In this document: in pieces, positions 1 to 8,942 of the stretch
Layout: every line of letters starts with the position of its first letter
How positions within the stretch are numbered: the first letter of the stretch is position 1
Assembly (NCBI GenBank): GCA_030430975.1
Contig: JAUIKB010000001.1
Location: 1-28,386 of the forward strand
Origin: Polyangia bacterium
GTDB taxonomy: Bacteria; Myxococcota_A; Polyangia; Polyangiales; Polyangiaceae
Length of the DNA: 28,386 nt
Direction: 5' to 3'
Program-made: the position numbers and the translations under genes
The notes under the pieces: model-generated
Databases searched by the model: none
What the model was told of the DNA's origin: nothing
Seen by the model: the letters and a program-made list of their open reading frames with translations, nothing else

Positions 1-180
1 CTCGGCAGCGGCACCGCAACGGTTGCCGGCAAGCCAGCGGCCGTAGCGTCAGGCCAGATCATGGCGATCCCCAAAGACGCGACGGCCTCGTTCCAGCCAA
101 AAGGCGATCAGCCGCTCTTAGCGCTCCAGTGGTTCGCCCCGGCGGGACCCGAGGCCAAATACGCCAAATCCGCGCCATAG
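1..180 (+). CDS. 3' end of a probable cupin-domain protein (partial, runs off the left edge)
   Basis: Frame 1 is open from base 1 to TAG at 178-180: LGSGTATVAGKPAAVASGQIMAIPKDATASFQPKGDQPLLALQWFAPAGPEAKYAKSAP. The pattern G-x-TV-x-G...G-x-x-x-x-IP...L-x-x-F-APAGPE resembles the second cupin motif. Not in the supplied ORF track because no start codon is in the window. Confidence 0.5.
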   Translation, partial: LGSGTATVAGKPAAVASGQIMAIPKDATASFQPKGDQPLLALQWFAPAGPEAKYAKSAP

Positions 181-213
181 CGTCAGAAACCGGGCAGTTT
201 GCCGCCGTTTGAG

Positions 214-219
214 TACAGT
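214..219 (+). promoter_or_regulatory. Putative sigma70-type -10 box (TACAGT), 8 nt before GTG 228
   Basis: TANNNT-N8-GTG with no Shine-Dalgarno; the same arrangement recurs at several other genes in the window. Confidence 0.4.
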
Positions 220-227
220 TGCCCACC

Positions 228-2564
228 GTGAACACGCGCCTGACCAGCACGTGGCTGCCCCTAGGCGTCCTCATCTATACCTCGTTCGCGGCGCTCGGCG
301 CCGCGCCCGGGAGCGTCCTGCCGTGGATGACGCTGATCCTCGTGCCCACCACCGTTTGGGCCGCGTGGCGCCGCTTACGCGCCCCACGCGGTGAGGACCA
401 AACCGACGAAACGGCCCGCCAGGCACTCGCAGCCGCGCTGTTCGGAGCGGGTCTGTTTCTGGCCGCGAGGAGCGCGCCAGCCGGCCGCCCCGGGTTCGAC
501 GCCGCGGCGAACCTCGGCACCGGCATCGTCGGAGTCTCAGCGCTGATCGGCTTGGCGCGGATCGCGCCGCTGGGTGGCTTGTTACGTCCGCCGAAGACCG
601 CGCGGTCCTTGGACGCCGCCGCCTTCGCCGGGCTGTTGTGGGGTATCGCCGTCGCCCTGCCCGCTACCCGAGCTGTGCTGCCGCCGACGACGGTGTTGCT
701 CGACCCGCTCGCGGTCGACTACGCCACCACCACCGCTGGTGTCGGCAACCTGCTCGTCATGATCGCCGCTACATGGCGCTTGCGAGCGACGCGGCGGTTC
801 GAGCTCGGGGTCGGAGATCGCGCCGCGGGCTCGATGGCTCTGGCGGTCACGGCCTTCGCGGTTGCCGTGCCGGCTGCAGCCGCGGACGTTGCCGCTCCCG
901 ATCGCATCCTTCCCACCGCGGTGATCATCGCTGGGCTCGCGATCGGCTGGGCGACGACGACCGCAGAACCGACGCGCGTGTCGACGGTGCTGCGGGGCAC
1001 GATCGCGGTCCTGGTACTGGGAGTACCGACGACGCTATTTGCCGGCGTCGTCGCAAAACTCGCACCGGCGTACGCCAGCACCGTCGCTCTCGGCGCTTCC
1101 ATCGTAGCGATCGGCGTCGGCCTGGTTGCGCGCGCTGTTGCGAAGCCTCTCGGCCCTGAGCAGTCACGTTGGCTCGACGCGATTCACGCCGCTAGCCAGA
1201 GCGCCCTGCAACCGGAACCCGATGCGGCTCTGCGCGCCGCGCTAGAGGCACTTGCAGAGACATCTGACAAAGGCGGTGCACGCCCCGAGCTTTGGAGAGT
1301 GTCACCACCGCAAGTGCTGAGCGTCGATATCGCATCGTATCTTCACATCAAAGATGCCGAAGCACCGCCCCGGCTTTACGAGCTCGCAAGCGGCGAACCG
1401 GAGCGAACATTGCGCGCGGACACGCTGAAGGCTCTGGAAGTGCGGCGACCGGACTTAAGGCCGCTGCTGGCATGGTTTGAGAACAAACAGGCATTTTCGG
1501 CGACCATCGTTCAAGACGACGACGGGCCTCTTGGATTTCTATCATTACCTCGCGGTAATCGCGATTCTGCCATGAGTCTCGAGGAGGCGCGTGCAGCTCG
1601 CATGCTCACCGACCGCATCAGCGCGCTGTTGTCCGTGTCGTCAGCGCTAGCGCGGTCAAGAGAACGAGAGATCGAGGCGCTCGCCAAGGCCGCCGCAGTC
1701 GATGACGAGCGGCTCCGCCTTGAGCATCTAGTGCTAGCGGAGAGCGGTAACAACCGCGCCTATGCTGAACTCGTCGCGCGTCCGGTCTCCGTGAGCTGCT
1801 ACAGCCCCGCCGCACGACTTTGCCGCGAGAGCATCGAGCGCATGGGCCGCATGGGAGGCGCGCTCACGTTGGTGGCGCCGTATGGGGTCAACCCCGCGCC
1901 ATGGGGGGCTCTGCATCATCTGGCAGGGCCTCGCGACGGCGGCCGTCTGGTCCTAGTCGACTGCGCGAATATGGCCGAGCACGATGTCGAGCGCTGGGCT
2001 GATCCGGGGCGATCTCCGCTGACAATGGCGGACGGCGGCACACTATTGCTACTTGAAACCATCGGGCTACCGCTTGAGGTGCAGGAACAAATCGTCCGTT
2101 CGCTCGGTCGACAGGCCGTCGACGAGCCAACCGGAACGCGCGGCCCAGCACTCGTTGCGAATCTTCCCGAAGCGCCCGAGCACGTCAGCGGCCTCCACCC
2201 ACGACTCGCTGCGTGGCTCGGCACAGAGTGCGTACGCCTACCCGCCCTCGCCCAGCGCGCTGAGGATCTGCGCGCACTAGCGATCGACGTCTTGGCACGG
2301 CTGGGAGTCCGACATCGCGGCGCCGCGCTCGGACTGGACGCCCACGCGCTGCATCTACTCCAGGAGCACCATTGGCCAGGCAACGACGCCGAACTGAAAG
2401 ACGTGTTAACGCGGGCTGCACAACAGGAAGCGGGCCAGGTCATCACGGCCGCCAGCCTCGCGTCGATCGGCTTTCGCCCCGTGCTCGAGGACGGGTCTAC
2501 GGCAACGCCAGCGCCCCCCAGCGTGGGACAGCGGCGGCCCCGTCGCAGACCGCGGCGACGATAA
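228..2564 (+). CDS. Polytopic membrane protein with a GAF-like middle region and a degenerate sigma54-activator (bEBP)-type AAA+ domain, no HTH
   Basis: The ORF track starts at TTG 219; GTG 228 is preferred because of the -10 spacing. About 10 hydrophobic segments lie in the first ~305 aa. The C-terminus keeps bEBP landmarks LVLVDCA, ADGGTLLL, LPLEVQEQIVRSL, VRLPALAQRAEDL and HHWPGNDAELKDVLTRAA, but Walker A (APYGVNPA), the GAFTGA loop and Walker B (LLLLE) are degenerate or missing. Confidence 0.75.
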   Translation: MNTRLTSTWLPLGVLIYTSFAALGAAPGSVLPWMTLILVPTTVWAAWRRLRAPRGEDQTDETARQALAAALFGAGLFLAARSAPAGRPGFDAAANLGTGIVGVSALIGLARIAPLGGLLRPPKTARSLDAAAFAGLLWGIAVALPATRAVLPPTTVLLDPLAVDYATTTAGVGNLLVMIAATWRLRATRRFELGVGDRAAGSMALAVTAFAVAVPAAAADVAAPDRILPTAVIIAGLAIGWATTTAEPTRVSTVLRGTIAVLVLGVPTTLFAGVVAKLAPAYASTVALGASIVAIGVGLVARAVAKPLGPEQSRWLDAIHAASQSALQPEPDAALRAALEALAETSDKGGARPELWRVSPPQVLSVDIASYLHIKDAEAPPRLYELASGEPERTLRADTLKALEVRRPDLRPLLAWFENKQAFSATIVQDDDGPLGFLSLPRGNRDSAMSLEEARAARMLTDRISALLSVSSALARSREREIEALAKAAAVDDERLRLEHLVLAESGNNRAYAELVARPVSVSCYSPAARLCRESIERMGRMGGALTLVAPYGVNPAPWGALHHLAGPRDGGRLVLVDCANMAEHDVERWADPGRSPLTMADGGTLLLLETIGLPLEVQEQIVRSLGRQAVDEPTGTRGPALVANLPEAPEHVSGLHPRLAAWLGTECVRLPALAQRAEDLRALAIDVLARLGVRHRGAALGLDAHALHLLQEHHWPGNDAELKDVLTRAAQQEAGQVITAASLASIGFRPVLEDGSTATPAPPSVGQRRPRRRPRRR

Positions 2565-2576
2565 CGCAAGAGCGCG

Positions 2577-2598
2577 ACTTCAGACGCGAATCTGAAGT
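2577..2598. repeat. Perfect 8-bp inverted repeat ACTTCAGA-N6-TCTGAAGT
   Basis: Read directly in the 48-bp intergenic gap. An outer pair GCAAG (2566-2570) / CTTGC (2602-2606) could extend the stem. No U-tract follows. Confidence 0.85.
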
Positions 2599-2603
2599 AG
2601 GCT
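2598..2603 (+). promoter_or_regulatory. Putative -10 box (TAGGCT), 9 nt before GTG 2613
   Basis: TANNNT-N9-GTG; no obvious SD. Confidence 0.35.
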
Positions 2604-2612
2604 TGCCGGCGC

Positions 2613-5600
2613 GTGGGGTCACAAGACGAACATCTGCTAGGCGGGAGATTTCGCATCGAGCGCGAGGTCGGTCGCGGCGCAGTTGGCGTGATCTATCGAG
2701 CCTTTGACGTTCAGACGCAGTGCAACGTCGCGCTCAAGGTCATCGCGGCCGACGTAGGCGTCGCTCCGGCAGAAGAAGCGCGTCTGAAGCGCGAAGGGCA
2801 GGTACTCACAGGGCTGGACCACCCGGGGATCGTGCGCATCGTCGCCCACGGCGTTTCCGAACATACCGGGCAGCCGTGGGTCGCGATGGAGTGGCTCGAT
2901 GGCGAGGACCTGGAGGCACGCCAGCGCCGCAGCCCGCTGACCTTGACCGAAGCCATTCACCTGACGCAGTTGGTCGCTGAAGCGCTCGCATGCGCACACC
3001 GACACGGGGTCGTGCATCGCGACATCAAGCCCGGCAACATCTATCTATGCGGCAGCCTCGACGCGCCACCCGGTGAGCCGTGTATGCCAAAGCTGGTGGA
3101 TTTCGGCGTCGCTCGCGCCGACCAGTCACAAGCGTCCTTCGCGAACGTCGCCAAAGTGACTCGCGTAGGCGACGTCGTGGGAACGCCCGCGTATATGGCG
3201 CCCGAACAAGCGCGCACGGACGGAACGATCGACTCACGCAGCGACATCTACGCACTGGGTGCGCTGCTGTTCGAGTTGGTGGCGGGGAGGCCACCGCACG
3301 TCGGCACCAGCGCGATCGCAACGCTAGCCCGACTCGTCACCACTCCCCCGCCCCAGTTGCGCGATCTCAAACCCGAAATCCCAAACGCTTTGAGCGAGCT
3401 GGTCAGCGACATGCTCGAGACCGACGCCGACCGCCGACCTCAGTCCGCGGACGAGGTCGCGACTGCGCTGCGAGCCGTCCTCAGCGACGCCGACCGCTTG
3501 TCGGTTGCGCCCGCGTCGCTCGACGCGCCGATGTCAGCGCGCCTGGGCTCCAGCGCGTCACGTCTCGTGACGACGATCGTGGCCATCGGCTTCACAAAAA
3601 ACTCGCTTCGCCAGCGCGCTTTGAAACACCTTTCCGACCGGGGCGCCGTCGCCGTTCCCCTCGGCAAAGACACGTTGGTCGCCCACCTCGGCGCGCGGCG
3701 CGCTTCGGGGACGGAGGCGAGCGCTGCCTTGGATCTAGGGCGTCGTCTGGCGCGCGCAGCAGCGCAGGTGGGCGTTGCCAGCGGCCGGGCTCAAGTCGCG
3801 CAGGTCAAAGATGGTGAGCTGCGTCCGGTCGGCGAGGTCGTAGACCGCGCGTCGTCGCTCGCTCGCGAAGCGTCGCCGGGCATGGTGCTTGCCGACACGA
3901 CCACCGCAGAGCTAGGCCGCGGCCGCTACGAATTCCTAAGCCGAGATGACGGCTCCGCCGTGGTCGGCGAAGCGACCCGAGCGGGACGCGAACGAGTCGG
4001 TGGGGCACCCTTTGTTGGCCGCGACGCCGAGCTGCGCCAGATGTTATCGGCCTTCGAACGCTGCAGGCGAGACGACCGGCCGGCCATTGTGACCGTCACC
4101 GGATCGCCGGGTATCGGTAAGTCGCGGTTGCGACGGGAGTTCCTCGCCCGGATCACGAGCGGAGCTGAAATCGAAGTCATCCTTCAGCGCAGCGAGGCGT
4201 ACGGTCGCGCGCAGGCCCTCGGCGCGGCTGCCGGATTGCTCCGAGCCGTGGTCGGACTGTCGAAGGGCGTTAGCCTGGAAGAGGCTGACGCTGCCATCAG
4301 CGCGCACCTGGGTGACCGCCAGGTCGATGCTGCCCATCGTCCCGCGCTCGCGGCGCTCCTCGCCAACCAACCGCTGCCCGAGGGCGTCGACCCACGCAGC
4401 GTGCGTGACGCGCTGTGGCTGTCGATGACCGAGCTGGTCAAGCTGAGCGTCGGAGCCTCGCCAACCGTGATCGTCGCCGACGACATGCAGTGGGCGGACC
4501 CCGAGAGCATCGGCTGGCTCGAACACATGCTCGGTCGGCTCGACGGCACGGCTCTGTTCGTGCTCGCGCTGATGCGGCCGAGCTTCTGGACCGAACACGA
4601 TCAGACGTTCGCCGGAAAAGACCACACCCGCCTTGAGCTACGACCGATCAGTGCGCGCGCAACGCTCGCGATCGCACGCGCCATGCTCGGCGAAGACGTG
4701 TCCGATGCCGTGCTGGAACGCATCGCCACGCAGTCGGGCGGACTCCCGCTGTTCGCAGAGGAGCTCGCACGCCTCACGGGCGCCGGCGGCGACGCTTCGA
4801 GCGCGCCGACGATCGAGGCGGCGATCCAGGCGAGCCTCGACTCCCTGGACGAGGAAACCCGGGACGCTATCGGCCGGCTGAGCGTGCTTGGCCTGACGGT
4901 CTGGGACGACGCGCTCGACGCCCTCGGAATCTCGCCGGCCGAACCGGTCATGAAGGAGCTCGCGGCCGCCGAAATCCTCGTCGAGCAACAGACGTCGCGC
5001 TTTGGCGCCACCCGCGAGTGGGTCTTCAAGCATGCGCTGTTTCGCGACGTCACCTATGCGTCGCTTGGAACATCACAGCGGGAGCAACTGCATAGACTAG
5101 CCGGTGACTGGCTAGCCCAGGCCGGGGAGGACGCTGCGACGGTCGCCGGACACTTCGAACTCGCGGACCGCGCCGACCTAGCCGCCGCGCACTGGGAAAC
5201 CGCAGCGTGGCGCGCGTTGTCGACGAACGCGCTCATGGACGCACTGAATCTTGCCGAAAAGTCGCTAGCGTTCGCGGAAGACAAACCATCCGGGTTCCGA
5301 AGGGCCCAGTGCCTCGACGAAGCGTGGAGTCGCCTCGACCCCCGAGCCAGCGACCGTGAGTCGGCCATCGCCGCGCTCGAGGAGAACGTCTTCGACGATG
5401 TCAGCGCGCTTCGGGCGCGGGGCGCACGGGCGCGATATGCCGCCGAGCGCGGTGGCACCTACGACACCATCGACGAGCTCACCGCAATCCGGGACGCAGC
5501 CGCAACGTTGGACATCCGCGACGAAGAGGCGCAGACCGGCGCCGTGCTGGCCACACGTCTGGCGTTCGCCGGCAAGTTCGACGAAGCCGAAGCCGTCGCC

Positions 5601-6521
5601 GAACGGTTGCTGGAATTGTCGAAGCAGCACGGTGTCGAGGCTGCCGCGGTCGACGGATGGCAGACGCTCGCGATCGTGCGGCAAACTCACGGCGCGCTCA
5701 ACTCAGCGCTCGACGCGCGACGCAGTGCCGCCGAAGCGGCTCGGCTCGCCGGACTCAAGGAGCGAGAAGCCATGCTGCGCGCGAATCTCGGGTTCGCGTT
5801 GACGACGATCGGCGCCCGGGACGAAGCCCGCGCGTCGCTCGATGCCGGCATCGAACTCGCTCAGGCGATCGGCAGCGACGGTGCGATCCGCCACGTGAAG
5901 ATGAATCTGCTGGGATGGGCGTCCAGCTTCGGGTCTGACGCGCGCTTGGACGCCGTACTCAGCGATGTTCGATCCAAAGCGGACGCCGAGGCGAGCGGCT
6001 ACTGGACATCACAGGACCGGTCGAACCTCGGTGCGCTGTTCTACCGAGGCTGGGAACTGCTCCGCGGCGGCTCCGCCGACCGCGCCGACGCTGCGCTCGC
6101 GCTGCTCAAGCTCGCCTCGGACGGCTACAGGAACAGCGGCAACCGAGACGTGCTTCCGGTTGCCCTGGGCGTCTACGCTGAAGCCCAACGCCGTGCCGGT
6201 GATCTGGATGCGGCCACCGCCCTCGCCAAAGAGGCGGCTGATTTGCTGACAGACGTTGATAGCAGCCTGCTCAACGAAACGACCGTATACATCGCCCTCT
6301 ACCGGACCTGTCGCGATGCAGGTGACGCGGCGGGTGCGGCGTCTGCTATCGAGCGTGGGATGCCGCGTCTGCTGCGTCGACTCAAAGGCCTGGCCAGAAC
6401 GCCTTACGCGCGGCAGTTCCTCACCGAGCTCGCGGATAACTCAGCTTTTGTAGCCGCCGCCGACGGGCTCGGTCTACTGCCCAGCTCGGTGTCGGAACTG
6501 CTCGGCACAGGTGTTGGGTAG
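2613..6521 (+). CDS. Hanks-type Ser/Thr kinase fused to a degenerate class III nucleotide-cyclase-like domain, a STAND/AAA_16-type P-loop ATPase and a TPR-like helical C-terminus
   Basis: Kinase motifs: GRGAVG, VALKVI, HRDIKPGN, DFG, GTPAYMAPE, SDIYALG. ATPase: PFVGRDAEL, Walker A GSPGIGKS, Walker B VIVADDMQWAD, and WVFKHALFRDVTYASL. The C-terminus is Ala-rich helical repeats. This architecture is common in myxobacteria. Confidence 0.92.
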   Translation: MGSQDEHLLGGRFRIEREVGRGAVGVIYRAFDVQTQCNVALKVIAADVGVAPAEEARLKREGQVLTGLDHPGIVRIVAHGVSEHTGQPWVAMEWLDGEDLEARQRRSPLTLTEAIHLTQLVAEALACAHRHGVVHRDIKPGNIYLCGSLDAPPGEPCMPKLVDFGVARADQSQASFANVAKVTRVGDVVGTPAYMAPEQARTDGTIDSRSDIYALGALLFELVAGRPPHVGTSAIATLARLVTTPPPQLRDLKPEIPNALSELVSDMLETDADRRPQSADEVATALRAVLSDADRLSVAPASLDAPMSARLGSSASRLVTTIVAIGFTKNSLRQRALKHLSDRGAVAVPLGKDTLVAHLGARRASGTEASAALDLGRRLARAAAQVGVASGRAQVAQVKDGELRPVGEVVDRASSLAREASPGMVLADTTTAELGRGRYEFLSRDDGSAVVGEATRAGRERVGGAPFVGRDAELRQMLSAFERCRRDDRPAIVTVTGSPGIGKSRLRREFLARITSGAEIEVILQRSEAYGRAQALGAAAGLLRAVVGLSKGVSLEEADAAISAHLGDRQVDAAHRPALAALLANQPLPEGVDPRSVRDALWLSMTELVKLSVGASPTVIVADDMQWADPESIGWLEHMLGRLDGTALFVLALMRPSFWTEHDQTFAGKDHTRLELRPISARATLAIARAMLGEDVSDAVLERIATQSGGLPLFAEELARLTGAGGDASSAPTIEAAIQASLDSLDEETRDAIGRLSVLGLTVWDDALDALGISPAEPVMKELAAAEILVEQQTSRFGATREWVFKHALFRDVTYASLGTSQREQLHRLAGDWLAQAGEDAATVAGHFELADRADLAAAHWETAAWRALSTNALMDALNLAEKSLAFAEDKPSGFRRAQCLDEAWSRLDPRASDRESAIAALEENVFDDVSALRARGARARYAAERGGTYDTIDELTAIRDAAATLDIRDEEAQTGAVLATRLAFAGKFDEAEAVAERLLELSKQHGVEAAAVDGWQTLAIVRQTHGALNSALDARRSAAEAARLAGLKEREAMLRANLGFALTTIGARDEARASLDAGIELAQAIGSDGAIRHVKMNLLGWASSFGSDARLDAVLSDVRSKADAEASGYWTSQDRSNLGALFYRGWELLRGGSADRADAALALLKLASDGYRNSGNRDVLPVALGVYAEAQRRAGDLDAATALAKEAADLLTDVDSSLLNETTVYIALYRTCRDAGDAAGAASAIERGMPRLLRRLKGLARTPYARQFLTELADNSAFVAAADGLGLLPSSVSELLGTGVG

Positions 6522-6536
6522 CGTCGCCAAGGGCGC

Positions 6537-6542
6537 TATGGT
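6537..6542 (+). promoter_or_regulatory. Putative -10 box (TATGGT), 7 nt before ATG 6550 (leaderless)
   Basis: TANNNT-N7-ATG within a 28-bp intergenic gap; no SD. Confidence 0.5.
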
Positions 6543-6549
6543 CTGACGG

Positions 6550-8022
6550 ATGCTCGAACGCGTCGCAGTGCACCAAACCCGGCTTCGGGTCCCCGGCATC
6601 GGCTTAGATGCCCGGGGTGTCGCGTTGGGCGCACGCGGGCTTGTGCTCGTGCCATCGATCGACCGACTCGTCGCGTTCCTCGCGCTCTACACCGAAACGA
6701 ACGCACTGGGCCCGCTGATCGCATCACTGCGCATCGACGTGCTGAAGTCGAAGCTCGGAACCAGCGAGCTATCTCTTAGCTTCGATGCGGGTTCGAGCGA
6801 CCGAATGGATCGCATTGCCGAGGTCGCGCGTCTGGCCGGCGGGTTCGCGCTCACGGGCTCGTCCCGGCACTTCGTCCAGTACCGCGACGCGGCGGCTCCG
6901 TTCGGCTACGACGCACCGGAGATCACCGCAACAGATGCGGCGCTAGCGCTGTACCACAACACGTTCTCTCAGGTTTACGAGATCGAGCGCGAGATCAAGC
7001 TCAGCTCGCTGCTGCTCAGGATGATGCCGTACGCCGACCCATCTCGCGCGTCGGAGACCGGACCACGCTTCTTGCTCGCCGAAGAAGGCATCGGAGGCTC
7101 GATCTTGTCGTACCTAGTGCGATCTCATGTCCAGGCGAAAGTCGCGCTTTGTGAGTGGCCCCCGGAGAGCAGTTTCGACGACGCTCCGATCAAACGTTAT
7201 CTCTTTGAGGTACCCGAGCTGCCGAACAGGATGCTTGCACTCTTTCGGGACACGCCCGGCGTCCGAACTTTCCTTCCTGAAACGCCGGGCGCCGCCGTCG
7301 AGGTCGGCTTCAGGCATCCGATCGCGCTGAAGGCTTGCCCGGTATTCGATAGCAAGAAGCTCGTGCTGTTCTGCGGCGCTGGCGGCGAGCCTCTCGTAAT
7401 CGATCCGCTACCAGCACTAGGAGACGTGAGGGCGCTCACCAAAGTCAGTCTGGGCGCCGACACGACCGAGCCGCGCCCAGCCAAGCCCATTCAACCGAAA
7501 CCTATCCAGATCGCGGTGCGTCTGGCGCCCACGCTGGCGGCCTCCAGCGCCGTCGAGGCGACGCTCGTCGCCAACGAAGACCTCGAACTGTTTCGGCGGC
7601 TCGCCTACGCTCTGGGTCCGAGTGCGATCGCCACCACCAAGGTCGCCGTCACTCCGATGGGCGCCTTCGTGTTGCGCGAGGGCGGCATCGATGCCGTACC
7701 GGTCGGGCGATTCTTTCAGCGCATTCACAGCTCGATCTTCATTCCGAGCGGCACGACGCTCCTGCCCGCTGTCAACAGTGATGTGCTCTACCGCGCGCTG
7801 GGACAGCCGCAGGGCCAACTGGTGTTCTTCATGCCGGACGCGAGCGCAGTCGCGGTCGAGGAAAGCTGCTTTGCCCCGCTAGAGGACGTGTTGTTGGCCG
7901 GCGAACAGTGGGCACCGGTGTCGGGCAGCGATCTAGCTGAGGCGTTAGCCACGTCGACGCCCGTGGTGTGGTTGGACCCGCTCGGCCTACGACCGATGCG
8001 GCGCGCGGAACCGGTCGAATGA
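6550..8022 (+). CDS. Conserved hypothetical cytoplasmic protein (490 aa), tentatively FtsH-ternary-system domain X7-like
   Basis: Long ORF with GC-biased third positions, no signal peptide or TM. Motifs such as FVQYRDAAAPFGYD and VEVGFRHPIAL recall myxobacterial fvmX7-annotated proteins (from memory, unverified). The CDS is solid; the family label is tentative. Confidence 0.5.
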   Translation: MLERVAVHQTRLRVPGIGLDARGVALGARGLVLVPSIDRLVAFLALYTETNALGPLIASLRIDVLKSKLGTSELSLSFDAGSSDRMDRIAEVARLAGGFALTGSSRHFVQYRDAAAPFGYDAPEITATDAALALYHNTFSQVYEIEREIKLSSLLLRMMPYADPSRASETGPRFLLAEEGIGGSILSYLVRSHVQAKVALCEWPPESSFDDAPIKRYLFEVPELPNRMLALFRDTPGVRTFLPETPGAAVEVGFRHPIALKACPVFDSKKLVLFCGAGGEPLVIDPLPALGDVRALTKVSLGADTTEPRPAKPIQPKPIQIAVRLAPTLAASSAVEATLVANEDLELFRRLAYALGPSAIATTKVAVTPMGAFVLREGGIDAVPVGRFFQRIHSSIFIPSGTTLLPAVNSDVLYRALGQPQGQLVFFMPDASAVAVEESCFAPLEDVLLAGEQWAPVSGSDLAEALATSTPVVWLDPLGLRPMRRAEPVE

Positions 8023-8891
8023 CCGAGGCCGCTGGCCTGCTCGACGAGCTGCTCGACAACGTTGTGCGGCCGCTGCTGATTGGCGGTGAGGTGCGGCCTC
8101 TTGAACCCGTTGGCGAAGCGCTGGCTGTGGAGGCGGTGTCCGGCACGGTTTCGTCTTCCGTAGCTTGGGTCGACGTGCAGATAGCGCGCGAGACCGAGGC
8201 GCGAAAGCTGTGCGCGATCGATACGCTGCCTGCGCTGTCGCGGGACGAGTGGCTGCTGCTGTTCGCGTTCAACGACTTGCTACAAGCTACGAACGCAACG
8301 CTGACCGGCACGTTCGGCAGCAGCCGACCGGACACCTTGCTCTCCATGGCGCGCGCGCTGATCGCTCGCGCTTCGGCGCCAGCGACGATCGGTGAAGCGC
8401 TGGCGCGACACGCGACCTTCGCCCGGCTGATGGCCCCCGAACGCATCGACACCCGCGTCGCTTGGTGGACAGGAAGCGAGACATTTCGAGGCTGCGAGCC
8501 ACCAAAACGGCTACTCTACTGGCGCGGGTTACGCCGAGTCACGACGAACGAAGAGCGTGTTCGCCTGCAGCACATGGCGGCCGACACCGATTTCAACGAC
8601 GCTTGGCTGCGCACTCTGAACTTGTTGTTACGAGCAACGCCGTTGACGGACCTCGCGAGCGCGGACCGAGCTGAACCCGCGTTTGGCTGGACCGGCGCCG
8701 CGCTCAGCTTGATCCGCCTGGACGCTGGGCACACGTTGGCTCTGAGAACACTCGAGCGCACGGGCCGCGCGCCCGCCATCGCCGCGGCCTTGGGACAAGC
8801 GGCGCAGGACATCGCCGTCCCCGAAGCCGTCCCGGTAGCAGAAGCGCTCGTGCACTCTTTGAACGCGCTGCCAACCGTCCGCACCGCGTAG
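8019..8891 (+). CDS. Conserved hypothetical protein (290 aa), tentatively FtsH-ternary-system domain X6-like
   Basis: ATG 8019 overlaps the upstream TGA (ATGA coupling), so it is preferred over the track start at 7968. Motifs NDLLQATN, RHATFARL and VAWWTGSETFRGCEPPKRLLYWRGLRRV recall fvmX6-annotated proteins (from memory, unverified). Confidence 0.5.
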   Translation: MTEAAGLLDELLDNVVRPLLIGGEVRPLEPVGEALAVEAVSGTVSSSVAWVDVQIARETEARKLCAIDTLPALSRDEWLLLFAFNDLLQATNATLTGTFGSSRPDTLLSMARALIARASAPATIGEALARHATFARLMAPERIDTRVAWWTGSETFRGCEPPKRLLYWRGLRRVTTNEERVRLQHMAADTDFNDAWLRTLNLLLRATPLTDLASADRAEPAFGWTGAALSLIRLDAGHTLALRTLERTGRAPAIAAALGQAAQDIAVPEAVPVAEALVHSLNALPTVRTA

Positions 8892-8942
8892 CTTCGCTCG
8901 TTTCCACGTGCAGGCCGCCACGATCGTGGCATGCTCGCCACC

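Noticed and set aside
3080-3817. 245-aa alternative-frame ORF inside the kinase gene, and 1916..2656 on the minus strand
   Set aside because: Arg/Ser-rich off-frame shadows with no domain signal.
7968-8018. Upstream start for the 307-aa ORF
   Set aside because: ATG 8019 forms an ATGA overlap with the preceding stop and is the more plausible start.
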